A stretch of 64,000 bases of DNA from the NCBI GenBank assembly GCA_973895155.1, contig OZ316896.1:21457643-21521642 (forward strand), given 5' to 3'. The notes beneath the pieces were generated by a model. That model searched no databases and was not told where the DNA came from. It worked only from the letters and a program-made list of their open reading frames with translations. The position numbers and the translations under genes are program-made. The stretch is from Marsupella aquatica. Its lineage: Eukaryota; Plantae; Marchantiophyta. Positions 1-12,439 of this stretch are shown here, piece by piece; positions within the stretch are counted from its first letter, which is position 1; each line of letters starts with the position of its first letter.

Positions 1-98
1 TACTTAACGAAATTTTTTATTTAACAACACTGTAAGATAATGCAACGATGTATTTATCCAACAACATCTTTCGTGTGCAATGGAGACTTGACAACATT

Positions 99-450
99 AT
101 CACTCACGACATCACTTTACTTATGAACCATTTTGTACTTAACAACATATATCACTCACGACATCACTTTACTTATGAACCATTTTGTACTTAACAACAT
201 ATATCACTCACGACATCACTTTACTTATGAATCATTTTGTACTTAACAACAACTTTATACTTAACAACATCTTTTTTATTAATGATATCTTGGGCGTTGT
301 GATATCTTTTGTCTCAACGACATCTTTTTTCTTAATGACATCTTGGGTGACATGACATCTTTTCTCTTAATGACATCTTGGGCGTCAAGACATCTTTTCT
401 CTTGACGACATCTTGGGCGTCACGACATTTTTTCTTCACGACATCTTTTG
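99..450. repeat. 52-bp tandem repeat (x3, 99-250) followed by degenerate GACATCT-containing short repeats
   Basis: ATCACTCACGACATCACTTTACTTATGAACCATTTTGTACTTAACAAC recurs at 99, 151 and 203; GACATCT(T) units recur about every 20 bp from ~265 to 450. Confidence 0.9.
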
Positions 451-723
451 TGCAACGCACAAGTATTGAGCTCGTGTAACATAATGAAAAGCACATGCAA
501 GGCTTTTGTTATTTAAGTACTTTAGTTAAAAAAACATTATTAGTTTGTTCTTACATATTTTAGTGATTTTACTCTTACTTAGTGATTCCCTAAGGCCACT
601 TACAAACTTAATACGCATGTTAGGTATGTGGTATACATGATCCCCCCAAAAAATGAAAACATTCAAGTTGTTGGATAAGCTAGGTTAGAAAGAAACCTAG
701 CACATGAATGCTTTTGACTAGCC

Positions 724-1066
724 CAATGTATTCATTAAAAGTGAATTAATATTTGATTTATGAATATTTGGGTAATAGAAAGTGTATATTTGGCTTTCAA
801 AAAGAGTACATTTGGGCAAGAAATAAAGATGATGGCCATTGAAAGTATCACCATGTTCATCATTTTTAAATGAACTAGGATAAGACTCATTCTAATAAAA
901 ATACTTTTTGCCCTCTCAAGTTTACAATTAACCATTTAGGTGTAGAGTATTGTAACATAGTGTTAGTACATTTTGGGGTTAGAAAATGTATATTTAAAGA
1001 CCAAAAAATGAACATTTAGAGGCCTAAAAGAGAACAAAATAAAATATTGTTTTAATGAATAGGGTT
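724..1066. mobile_element. Putative MITE related to the 4512-18132 transposon
   Basis: TATTCATTAAAA at 729-740 and its complement within GTTTTAATGAATAGGGT at 1049-1065 match the TIR core of the large element; AT-rich interior with TGTACATTT-like motifs; no clear TSD. Confidence 0.45.
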
Positions 1067-1320
1067 AAAAGGACATTTTTTACTAGGCAATACTCCTCAA
1101 GCAATTGTCACCCTAAAGTGCTCAAATAGCACACATATGAAAACCTAAACTTAATTAGACAATAGGATAATTACCCGATAATTATACTCTATCAACACTC
1201 ATAAACTCGTAAGTGTGTACAGTTGTAGAAGCCACGTCAAAATTCCATCAAAAACGAAGTTGAATGAGGCCAATACCAAGCAGGTCGGGTTTTGCATTAA
1301 AGTATATTAACGAGTTAACG

Positions 1321-1371
1321 GGGCTACACTTATTATAACTGGGCTACACTTATTATAACTGGGCTACACTT
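1321..1371. repeat. 20-bp tandem repeat x2.5
   Basis: GGGCTACACTTATTATAACT at 1321, 1341 and partial at 1361. Confidence 0.9.
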
Positions 1372-2123
1372 AACATCTGATGGCTGATGGTTCTGATGGC
1401 TGAGGAGAAGAATTCAAAATAATGACAGAGGTCTACTGTACTACTGGGGTTGGTTATTCATTTGCCGACCTATCTAGCTACTGTATATGGGGTCAATCGA
1501 TGGCTGAGGATAAAATTTTTAATGGGGTCTAGTGGGGTTGAAAAACTGTATTGCCTGTGTAGCCACTTTATGTGGGGTCTGATGGCCGAGGAGAAGGTGG
1601 TCAAAATGGTCCTATGGCTGAGAAGGATACAGTAAACAATCCAAGTCAACGAGGCGCATGCAGGTGGGTATGGCTGATGACAAGATTTCACTAGTCCAAC
1701 TCAATAAGGCCCATACAGGACTGGTGGGGTCTGATTGCTGAGGAGAAAATTCCAAAAGAGGTCCCCGCAGCCCCCTAGGAGGGACTTGCACTAATAGGTG
1801 TAGCTTAAAAGGGCACTGTGTATTCTTGAACCCCACCCAGCCCTTGAAACAATGATTTATTTTTTGTGCCTAAAACGGATGTTGAAGCCCCCACTTTATC
1901 GTCACGTGAAATTGCCACAGACCAATCTCGAGGATATGGAGTGCGAGTCTGAACTTTTCCCTGGACTGTCTATGCCTGACATCTCTTCAATCGGCAGAAT
2001 GATTGATGATCAGCTTAGGCCAAGAGCGAAAGAGATCCGTCGACATATGACTGAGGTTCTCTCTTAGAGATCACCCAGTACAGAAGACCAGCGAATTGGA
2101 GGTCGCAGCTGACAGCAGGAAAA

Positions 2124-3743
2124 ATGGTAACCGGTGCTCATGGACACCATGAACAACGAGATGGTCGATACGTCTTGGATCCTGAAGAGGCACGCATCGA
2201 GTATGGCGAAGAGATCGCTAGCAAGCTGAAGCTCAGTAAGAATGAGAAGTACGTGCTATGGCCACAACCGACGGACAGCCCGCACGATCCTCAGAATTGG
2301 AGCAATGGCAAGAAAGCTCTCATGCTCTTCATCGCCACCATCGCCGGGTTCGTGCCGGACTTCAACTCGGCCGTAGGCATCGCGACGCTCTTCAATCTGG
2401 CGGCTCAATTCAAAACCTCCGTGAACAACGTCAACAACCTGACCACGAACTGGGCCATCTTCCTCATCGGGTTTGGCGGTATCGCGGCCGTGCCCTTGAT
2501 ACGAAAGTTCGGTAGGCTTCCGGTGATGTTCTGGTCTCAAGTGTTGAGCCTCGCCTTTCAGCTCGGCTGCACATTCTCTCCCAACCTCAGCACATTTGCG
2601 GCAATGCGCTGCCTGAACGGCTTCTTCTCAGCCGCACCGCAGGTGTCTGGACTCTACACCATTGTGGACATGTTCCCCGTCCACCTCGTCCATAGCAAAG
2701 TTACCATTTGGACATTCGGCATTCTCGTGGCGCCCTTCGTCTCACCATGGTTGCTCGGATACCTCGCTGCACGCCAGAACTGGAGATGGGCGTACGGAGT
2801 CTCGTGCATGTACTGTGGTTTCGTCGTCTTCATGATCGCATTTTTCTTCGAAGAGACTCTCTATGACCGCCACCTTCAGCCGATTCCACCTCGCCCGACC
2901 AGCGGACTGCGGTACCGCATCGAGACTCTGCTAGGTGTGACCGGGTGGAAATTGAGGAAGTACAGAACGTCGATGTGGCAATCGGCTCTCGACCTCTTCA
3001 ACGTGCTCTGGCGTCCCCACTTCTTCCTCAGCGCCTTCTTTGCGTTGCCCTCGTCCGGTTTTGCTATAGGAATCATCGTCACCAATCCGATCTTCTTGGG
3101 ATCCCCCAAGCCCATAGGGTACGGATACAAGGGTGACATCGTGTCGACTCTCTATCTGACTCCGATCGTTGCGGTGATCCTCGGAGAGATACTAGCCAGA
3201 TTGTTCAACCAGCTCGCGGTCAACATGAGCGTGAGACGGGACAAGGGTGTGTTCGAGTCCGAGGATATCTTGATCGGGACCGTCGTGGGGTTGCTTATTT
3301 ACGTTGCTGGCATTGTCCTCTTCGGCTGGACCATTGAGCACAAGGCCAACATCGCTGGCCTTATATTCGGCTGGGGACTGGTGACCGTGGCCATTGTGTT
3401 CATCAACGTGGCCTTATATTCCTACTCCGGCGTGAGCTTCCCTGGTCGAGAAGGGGAATGCAGCGCTCTGCTCAATTTAGCTCGCGTTCTTGGAGGGTTC
3501 GCGGTTCCCTACTTCCAAGTCAAATGGGTCACGAAAAACGGTGCCCTGCAAGCGTTCGGATGCGAAGCAGCTGTTGTCACGGGCGTCTGGATGATTTGCA
3601 TCCCCATCTTGTTCTGGAAAGGAAAGCGGATCAGAGAACTCTTCTCCATCAAAGGACAATCTCCACAGGATACTTTTCTTGTTGGCAAATCAGCTCACCA
3701 GAGAGATCCAAAGATTTCTGATATGCCGAAAGAGGCGGCATAG
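2124..3743 (+). CDS. Major facilitator superfamily transporter, fungal DHA1/HOL1-like, intronless (copy 1)
   Basis: 539-aa ORF with ~12 hydrophobic segments; WPQPTDSPHDPQNW pre-TM1 motif, KFGRLP motif A, WRWAYG, FFEETLYDR are typical of fungal MFS proteins. Confidence 0.9.
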   Translation: MVTGAHGHHEQRDGRYVLDPEEARIEYGEEIASKLKLSKNEKYVLWPQPTDSPHDPQNWSNGKKALMLFIATIAGFVPDFNSAVGIATLFNLAAQFKTSVNNVNNLTTNWAIFLIGFGGIAAVPLIRKFGRLPVMFWSQVLSLAFQLGCTFSPNLSTFAAMRCLNGFFSAAPQVSGLYTIVDMFPVHLVHSKVTIWTFGILVAPFVSPWLLGYLAARQNWRWAYGVSCMYCGFVVFMIAFFFEETLYDRHLQPIPPRPTSGLRYRIETLLGVTGWKLRKYRTSMWQSALDLFNVLWRPHFFLSAFFALPSSGFAIGIIVTNPIFLGSPKPIGYGYKGDIVSTLYLTPIVAVILGEILARLFNQLAVNMSVRRDKGVFESEDILIGTVVGLLIYVAGIVLFGWTIEHKANIAGLIFGWGLVTVAIVFINVALYSYSGVSFPGREGECSALLNLARVLGGFAVPYFQVKWVTKNGALQAFGCEAAVVTGVWMICIPILFWKGKRIRELFSIKGQSPQDTFLVGKSAHQRDPKISDMPKEAA

Positions 3744-5211
3744 ACCAGACTTGAAGCGTTTGCTAGTTTTTCTTCTGGTCAGTTGAGTCACAAGACACTC
3801 TCACGACAGGTTTCCAGACAATTCGTTTGCACCATTCAAACACCCAATCTTCCAAAATTTGCTGAAAGTTTTGTACATTCAAGGTGGAATTTAGAGAATT
3901 ATAGGTTTGTGCCAGTAGAAAGTGCTAAATGTAAAATGCAAATAGAGCATGCACTCAATAGTTTTACTCAGAGAGTGGGTGTAGCTTGGGACCGTAACGA
4001 AAATATACAAAAATTGGAGTCAATGTAAAGTGGAATGAGAAACTACGTCACCTTTCGTTTCAAGGGAAGAGGTGATAGATAGGCTCTAAAGTACGTGGAA
4101 ACGCAAGGTGTTGAATTCACAGTGGAATAAGAAATTCCAAATCGGTCTCATGAAGGAGCGTGTGCAGTTGGGGCCATAATTAGTCAGGTATCTCCTTAAA
4201 CCAGAAATGGCAGGATCGTTAGTCAATTGTGGCATGTTAGTTCTAATGCCTTTCGTGTTTTAGCGTATTCAAAAAGTGTATAACAGCTGTGTTATCATAT
4301 CATCTTTAAACTTATTAAAAGAATCATTGTGGAAATGACTATGACTATGGAAATGATGGAATGACTGTGAATTTATTCTAATGTTTCAAATGGTGAACAA
4401 GGGGGAGAATCACGCTGCATCAGTCTCAAACTGCGTGTGCGAGACAAGGTGACACAAGCCAAGGGATACGGGCCATGGGAGCTAGTGTCATAAATATTTA
4501 CTACATAATATTATCACCCTATTCATTAAAACTGGAATTTCTCTCCAGAAGTTGACCTTCAAATTTCTTATTTTACCCCCAAAAGTTCTATAACTTGTTC
4601 TCCAAAAGCATATATTTTAGTGGCCAAATGTACACTTTTTGAGGTCTAAAATTACAATTCTAATGCCCAAATTATTAATTAAATAATTCAGTTATCAATT
4701 ATTAATACTTATTAATTAAAAGACAATAAAGTGTTCTTATTATATACAATATAAACAATGAAAAAATAGAATAAGACAATATAATAAATTCAAATGACCC
4801 GTGATAACCAAGTTACACAAACAGGGAAGGTAAACCAGTGATGTATTATAAAAGTAAAAAACCTATTTTTATAGGGTCGAGACCACGTCTGCCCCAATGC
4901 AGGCTCTAGATGGTTTTGACCGGTTGTTGAATGTATATCAATTCCTATGTAAAAATCTATGTCGAGATTATCTCGACCCAAATGTAGGGTCCACATAATT
5001 TTGATCCGTTGTTGAATCTATATCTCTAGTTATTCCCTTTGTATAAGGTCAAGACCCAAATAACCTTTTTCTGAGAACATATCTACAAGTAAAAGAGGAT
5101 CAACAGCATCTAGACTCAAATGGATAGTACGCATAGCTTCATTGTTTTTTGAGTAAGAATATGTATATCTACAACTCACATTGTAACTGTTCAGTGTAGG
5201 GTCGAGATAAT

Positions 5212-6269
5212 CTAGACCCAAATCTCATGCTCCTCCACCCCGCAGAATTCATTTGAGCAAGTAAATCTAGACCCTGACGGGTCATATTTCATATCGCGAT
5301 TGCAGAAATCGAGAGGCTTCCTATTCCAGAACTTCGTGGTGAGGTCCCTACACCTCAAGACTTCCGAAACAAATCCCCGATGATTGTCTCTGTAGGGTCC
5401 TGTGTACTGATATCCAATTAACGTCTTTGCAAGGTCATTGATTGCCTCCTCCGTCAATTCCTCCATTGGTGGTAATTGTTGCACTTCATTCTTGACATCC
5501 CAAGGAATTTCGTCCGCTATGACATCCAAGATTGTATGGATAACCGAATGAACCCATACCATACTACCCCACCGCTCCGTCAACAACGCATAAATGGCAG
5601 CCTGTTGATCTCTGTCCGCTAAAACATTTATCATAGACCACTTTGGATGATTGATAAAAAGGTAGTGCTGAAGATTGAAGGCATGATACAATTTCCTGAG
5701 CATAGGCCATAGTATTTCTGGAAAGAATGTATCATCCGTGGAAAGATGCGAAAATGAGGAAGGAAACAACCCACAATTCTCTGGATTCACAAATGCCTTC
5801 ATTGGAGTGTCATCAAGAAGGAGTGTATTAGTTTCGTCGTATAATCCACCATAACGTTTCCAAACCACCCTCAAATCCTTCAAATGAATATTTGCCTTCC
5901 CATCGATAATGTCAGGCCTCTGGATTCCAGTATCGAATGTATCTTCTTGTGTGAGAATAAACTTGAATTGCTCTCGCTCTTCTTGACTGAAGATCAAATG
6001 AATCATTTCATCCGTCCTGGGTTTCCTTGCACAAGTCCAAATGGCAACATCAAATAACAAAAAAGCTGCGATTAAGAACTCGTGAAGATGGGGTCGCTCA
6101 ACATACATAAAGTTAAACCCTCCACGTCTCCCCCAGTGGACACCCTTGACACTTGTTGCACTACGGTGCGGTCCGGAACTTGGCGTTTTGACAGAATCCC
6201 AACACATTTTGTTGAGGTCAAGAATCAATAGCTTCCGTCTGATCGGACCGTGAAGTGGAGGCAAGGGTC
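5212..6269 (-). pseudogene. Cargo gene 3' exon: FCP1/NIF-type HAD phosphatase-like domain
   Basis: KLLILDLN, ERPHLHEFL, FDVAIWT, HLKDLRVVW, NTLLLDDTPMKAFVNP motifs; acceptor TTTGCAG at 6270-6276 on minus strand; DLN in place of catalytic DxDxT; Cys cluster at C-terminus. Confidence 0.75.
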
Positions 6270-6391
6270 CTGCAAAGAAGGAACACCAATGTTAGAATTG
6301 TGGGAGATAAAACAAAGGAATGCTCGAGACAATCTCAAGCATCACAAGTGAATGAACAACAGTCAACGTCATACCTATTGTTGGTTGAAGG

Positions 6392-7055
6392 CCCTGGGCC
6401 CCCAGCCTTTGTAAACTAAAGAGGTATACGTGCATACACCCCCCTCCCTAGTACCCCTTATTATTTTTGGGAGCCTATAAAATTTTCTCTTGTTATTCTT
6501 AAAAACTTAATTTTGGAGAATAAATCTGCCCCTTTGAGATATTATAATTTCACATTTTACACCATTTATGAAAGCCTTGAAAAGTTATAAATTCATCATG
6601 TGCAAACAGTTCTAAAACTGAAGGGAGTGTTTTGCAGGGGTTTTGGGTACATACATTTTTGTGTTCGTGACCCTTTAACCCCAAACTTCAACTTTGGGGC
6701 ATTTCTGAACCACAGGGCAAGGTAGTCAGGGTTCAAAAGCTCCAAAGTCCTAAACTACTCTGAATCATAGATGTTGCAAGCATAATTATATGTCATATAC
6801 ACATGTTCCAATAAAGGGTGGCCACAAGGACCAATCCTATTGTGACGCGTGTCACATCCATATTACATCACCTCTCAAAGCATATTAACTAGGGCAACAT
6901 TTATATAAGCCTTTATTAGTTAGAAAGGGTTTTTGAATAAAACCATCCCTTGATATTTCTAAGCCAATTATAAAAATTAATCTCAAATCAGATTTTTTGC
7001 ACCCTTCATCCGTTTGCACGTCCAGCCCATTATTAATAATGCTGGGGGCCCAGGG
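6392..7055. mobile_element. Non-autonomous TIR element (664 bp) with 8-bp TSD, nested in a cargo-gene exon
   Basis: Perfect 15-bp TIR CCCTGGGCCCCCAGC / GCTGGGGGCCCAGGG; TSD GTTGAAGG at 6384-6391 and 7056-7063. Confidence 0.95.
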
Positions 7056-7212
7056 GTTGAAGGTCAGTAGTTGAAGAAATCTCATGACATCTTTGGAGAT
7101 TATTGTCGACGCACTCCACAACTGGTAAGGGCCCGCCTATTTCTGTGAAGGTAGACATAATAATTTAGACGACTGAATTTCAGGACTGTTCAAACTAACT
7201 TGGGTTTCAACC

Positions 7213-9470
7213 TCACGTGCTGAAAGACCCAAATTCATCTAGAAGGTTATCTCCTAGTTGGTTTTGGATGTCCAAATTTATCCCTCCGGGAAGGGTCTCA
7301 ACAAGAGCTGGCTCTGAAGACCAAACTGGCACTAATTTGAACTTATCCTTCCTATACTTTCTAGATCGAATAATCTTCTCAGACTGCTCTATACTGACTT
7401 GTTGACCTTTTGACGGTCCATCAGTCCAAACATAATGAGTAGCACTTGCTTTGAGTGATTTGTAACCAGTTCTACCAATTTCAGTCCCCGGTTTCCTTAC
7501 AAAAGGGAGAATTATGGGGCTTCCAGTAGAAGAATCTGTGAAAACAAGCTTATTCTCTGAAGCGCAAAACATTTGGTCCAAGGGAGAGGACGATGCACCT
7601 GCCTCGTCCTAAGGGGGAGTATGGCAGCCACTAGCTTTCTTAGTAGAGAAAATCTCATCCAGTTGAGGAGGGCTTGGAATTGGTTGGCTAATTGCATCCT
7701 GCAAGGTGGATTCCCAGCCAACATCCAAGGTTGAAGACTGTTGTTCATGTTGTGCATCCCCAAGGCCACCCGATGAAGGAACACCTGGAACGTCGAGATC
7801 ATCTCGAGCATCATTTCCAAATTCAGGCAGTATTTCACCCTCCTCTTCCATGTAGCTTGTGATTTTTGGGCCCTCCGTTTTGCGATGCTCTAAATTCTCC
7901 GCAAATACTTCCTCATAAACACTGGCTTCCACCGGAGCTATGTCTAAGGCCGCCTCTTCTATTACAACAAGGGGACCGGCAGTAATTTCCTCAGATGGTA
8001 ACGGCTCCTTGGGCACATATAAAACCTGCTTGTTGTCATGAAGGAGCTGAGCAAAGGCTTCTGTGAATTCCATCTCTTGAGCTGTGTCCGAATACACAAA
8101 ACAATCACGACCAAGAATGACACAAGCTTTCAATGTCTGTCCTCCAGAGAAGAAATCCAACACTGTATGACCTGGGCACGAGAAATAATCAACAAGACGC
8201 TTTGTCATTCGCAAAGGCTTTGCTCTCGGATTTACAAAGCCACCACGCCGACCGACCATCTCATAAGATGGGGCCATCTTCTCCAAAACTTCGACATCAA
8301 CAGTGGTTTCATCGAGCTTGTCTTTCCCCTTTGATTGGTCTTTGTTGTTCCCAGTAGGGGCCTTCAAAGGCAAGACTGTGAAGTCTCTGTCCCACTTCTC
8401 ACTGTAGTTCCAGAACGCATAAAAGTCATCAAAAAAAATTTGGGACCAGTCTGGTTCCTCTTCACAACAAATTCCCCCAAAGATGATTGAGTCTCGAGCT
8501 CCAATGAGAAAATCTCCCTCCTCCTTGGGCAGCTGATCACGGTAGTAGCTCCCGTACTCCAGCTTTGTGTGGACTTTCTTCTCACGATGAATCTTTTCAA
8601 AGGCACTCTGAATCTGGCCTATCAATGGGCCTTGACGGACAAAAAAGATTACTAAGACCTCTGTCGAGTTCGCCATCTGCAAACAATACTCCAGCAAAAC
8701 AAAAAATTTGGCATCTGTCCACTGCCGTTGTCGAAGACGACCAAAATCAACAATGGAGAGTGGGCACGTCCTTTGCACCGAGTCAACAATCTTAGGCTTC
8801 ATTGTCCTCATCAAATTATCGCTAAAAAATGTGCGATAAGGAGTATCCTCCATTGAAGGCAACCCGCCAAATACCTTGCAATATATCTGCTCAAGCCTAA
8901 CAATGAGACTTTGCGGAAATGGGTCTTTTGGCCTATTTCTTTTTAGGAGGTTGGAAATCCAAACCTCTCCAGCAAGTTGTCTAAGTTTCGGCAACTCACC
9001 ACGATCCATAAATGCAGGCAAAAATTGAGTTAGCTCAAACCAAGTGAGTGAATTGGCAAACCGATCCGGATACTTCAAAACGAAGTACTCCACAATTTTT
9101 TCCCTCAGCTTGGTCATGACTTTGAAAGTATGAGCCATATCACTCATTGATTGAACATCAGATTTGTTGGCTGGGTATTTCTTCAATAAAACCTTATGTT
9201 GTTGAATGGCAGTAAAAACTTTCAGAATGTCGTACTACTTAGGTCTCCTTCAAAGCATCTAAACAATGCCGGCGTAATCATTTTTGTTGTCCGGGATTTC
9301 CCATTTATTTTTGAACCTAACTCCCCTAGACCATCCGGAAGAAGTCCCTTGACCCAATCGATGCACATTTGTCTCCAAGTTCGGAAAAGGTTCTCATCCG
9401 AAAACAGCAACCAAAAAATATTCCTCAGATCGGATTTTCTAGTCGTTATTTTGGCAAGGGCCATAAAATC
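7213..9470 (-). pseudogene. Cargo gene central exon: beta-class N4C/N6A DNA methyltransferase-like domain plus acidic linker
   Basis: NPRAKPLRMTKRLVDYFSCPGHTVLDFFSGGQTLKACVILGRDCF resembles the HPxxKP...PGDxVLDPFxGSG...LGR C-terminal block of N6_N4 MTases; frameshift at ~9230; in-frame TAG at 7609-7611 links ORFs 7609-9186 and 7213-7581. Confidence 0.65.
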
Positions 9471-9640
9471 CTGATCCAAACAGTACAAAGAAAATCTGAG
9501 GCTCGAGACGATCTCGAGGTAGAATTAAGGAACTATGGTAAAATTTATGGGAGAATACATGAAGATAAATCAAATACAAAAACTTGACCTTGAGGCTCGA
9601 GATGATCTCGAGCTAGAAGTGGATTTGAGTTTGAATTTAC

Positions 9641-11151
9641 CTGGAACTTTTGATGATCCGTTAGTCTATTGGACCCAATCACGGGTCTCTCCGGACGGCC
9701 ACACTCGTCAAACTGTCGACAGGCATGGACCATAGTATCAAGAAAACAGGACTCATACTCCATGGTCTTATTAACAGCATTTGCCCTTTGTGAGTGTTGA
9801 GCAAGTATTGTTCTTGGAGTTCTGTCCGAAAGAATTCATGACTTTCGATATTGCAGACTCTTCGCGACCTCCTCCAACTTTGCATCGCTCTTAGCCCAAC
9901 CTATGATCCAAACAGCTGCCTTTGCCGAGTGTTATCCACTGATTGCAAGGAACTGCACCTTCTTATTCTTAACACCCCACTCGAACTCCTTTTGATCCTC
10001 AACAGTATTCTCATAATGGAGCAACTGCAAACTCTCTCTTGAATACAGAATTAAATCCACCACAGCTGGTACCATTCTAGGGTTTCTAACCATGGATTTT
10101 GTGACCTCCATGGCATGGTCTTTATTGAACATCCTATATACCAAAACTGCAGACGGCGAATCTATACTAGTGACAGGAATGTCAAAAGTTTCATTCATGC
10201 CAAATGTGTAATACTCCTCAATCTCCTTAAGAACTTCGGCTCCTTCCTTAACGCTCTTTTCTCCCGGAGCATCTCCTGGAGTGCCATCATCATCGGTATG
10301 TGCATTCACACCCGAGGAAGATGCCGGAATGAGATCTACCTTGGGCGGCGCAGACTTTTTTTGAGGTGGAGCCTTCTTCGCTTTGCTTTTGGGTTTCTCA
10401 ACCCTCTTCCTCTTTTGAGACACCTTTGCTTCCTTTTTGTCCAAACTTGACGTCTTGTCTCCTGCAGCTACAGATTTCAATTTACCTGTTTGTCTCCGAT
10501 GAGACAACACCCATTTTTTACAAGCATCCTCATCAAATTCTCCAGCTCCAAACACAAAATCAGGGGATATGGATTCAAACTCCCCCAATTTGGATTTCGA
10601 CATTAGTCTCAAAACCTTCCACGTGAAAGGAGTCGTGAATGCATCATCACAATCAAACCCATACTTTCGACAATAAAGGAATCCAAAAATTATGTCCGCT
10701 CCAGATATAGGAGTATCTTCTAGCAAATTACTTGTAGTAAAACCCTCGGGGAAGAACCCCATTGATATCACGCTCAGTTGTTTCCTGGCTGCACGTTCAA
10801 TGTTAAGATCGCAAGAGTAGTTTTTGGCGTGAAGTCTAATTAGAGCCCACTTCCCTGTCTCGTGGTTCTCCACCGTCAAAACCATGTCCTTACCGTTACT
10901 CATCACAATAGAAACAATAGGCCCTAGAAGGCTGCACACTAGAGGATCGACTGATGGAGACCTCGTCTTCACACAAATAATAGTTCCTTCCATGTCTTCA
11001 GTTTCAGCAAGCTCAATGGCCCAACAGAATCCAAATAAACCCTGTCCAGGGCAGGAAACCTCGATTGCATGTTCATCTTTGACTACCAAATTGGGCGATC
11101 CCAATTTCGCACCTGGTACAGCCAAAATGTAGCAATTGTCAGAAACATGTA
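9641..11151 (-). pseudogene. Cargo gene 5' exon: Lys-rich region and ParB/Srx-like domain
   Basis: IPVTSIDSP...YRMFNKDHAMEVTKSMVRNP...FLAISG*HSAKAA resembles the ParB-like fold (IxGxH motif); in-frame stops at 9932-9934 and 9836-9838; donor at 9640, acceptor at 11152-11154; upstream exons not resolved. Confidence 0.5.
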
Positions 11152-12439
11152 CTACAAAACCAAGAAACAAATAGGTGGCTCGAGATGATCTCGATCTTCC
11201 TTTTAAGTTTAATAGTCTGACATGTTCCAATGCCATTTCATCCGTGGAATTTAAAAAGAGATTTCAAACCCAAGAAATCTAAAAAGATAACACAATAGTT
11301 AGGAAACACAATAGGCTCGAGATGATCTCGATCCACCATCTGTTTAAAAGATCTTGATCCTCATATATATCAGTTGAGGTTTTATTCCATTGCATATCAT
11401 GAACCAGTCAAATTTAACGAACAACATTTTCAAGAATGATCCAATGTCACCTATTCGACCACATTCAAAACCCTCTAACTCAGTGGTTTGTCATCTTCAC
11501 AAACGAGTTGGAGGACTAAGAAAGTGGTCCAAAAGGCAAGCTTGGATCACAATGAAAAGGATATTAGTAATTGACGACATGGAGTCCTTCCAACTGGAAG
11601 AAATTTGCCAAGGGATACGAATGACCATAAAGGAAGATGGTGAGGGATATATTTGGCTCGAGATGATCTCGAGCCTAACATGTCAAACGAGTGATCCGAA
11701 TATCATATTCAACAATGAACATCATATTCAATCAATGATTAAAATCCACTTTCTCCATTGACTTCTGATACCCACAAACCCGTTCGGATGTCAATAATCA
11801 GAACGAGTTGGAGGGTACAGAAGTCCCTGGAGGAAGGAAATTTTAGATTTTTTGGATATGATGTTTCACTTTTGAAGGATAAGGGTTTCCAACTTGAAGA
11901 AATCTCACTAGGTCACATGCAGGAATTGCATATTGGCTCGAGACGATCTCGAGCCTCATGCCACTTACATAAAATGCAAAATCAATTGATAGATCACAAC
12001 TTTTGAAGCAAAGTATTGCAGAAAACATCAATAGGAATCCAAGGAATCGAAAAACAAGTGGACCAATTGAAGCTCGAGATGATCTCGAGTTAAACCTAAA
12101 CAGAACAAAGATGATGAATTACGTTTAATGGTGCGATGGATCTGATGCGCTGAGTCTAGATGGGTCTAAAGCTCTTTGCCAACGGTTGCAAGGTTGTACT
12201 CAGCGAAGTCCTCCTTGGAGAAATCTACAACAGTCGACATGGCTGGTGAAGAGAGGAACGTACTACGGGCTGAGAACTTAAAAACAAATCTCGAGCCTAA
12301 ACAGAATATCTCGACCCTATCGAAGCTCTAGCTTAAACACAAAATCTTGACACTATAAAATCTCGAGGAAAAAACCTAATCTCGACCCTCTGCAATCTCG
12401 AGGGTAATACAAGGATCTCAAGGCAAGAGCGCAAAACAA

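Noticed and set aside
2256-3659. Antisense and alternate-frame ORFs repeated in both MFS copies
   Set aside because: Shadows of GC3-rich coding sequence, conserved only because the paralogs are similar
11152-11236. ATG at 11236 as the start of the cargo gene
   Set aside because: Segment contains a palindrome and a polypyrimidine-TAG acceptor at 11152-11154, so it is more likely intron
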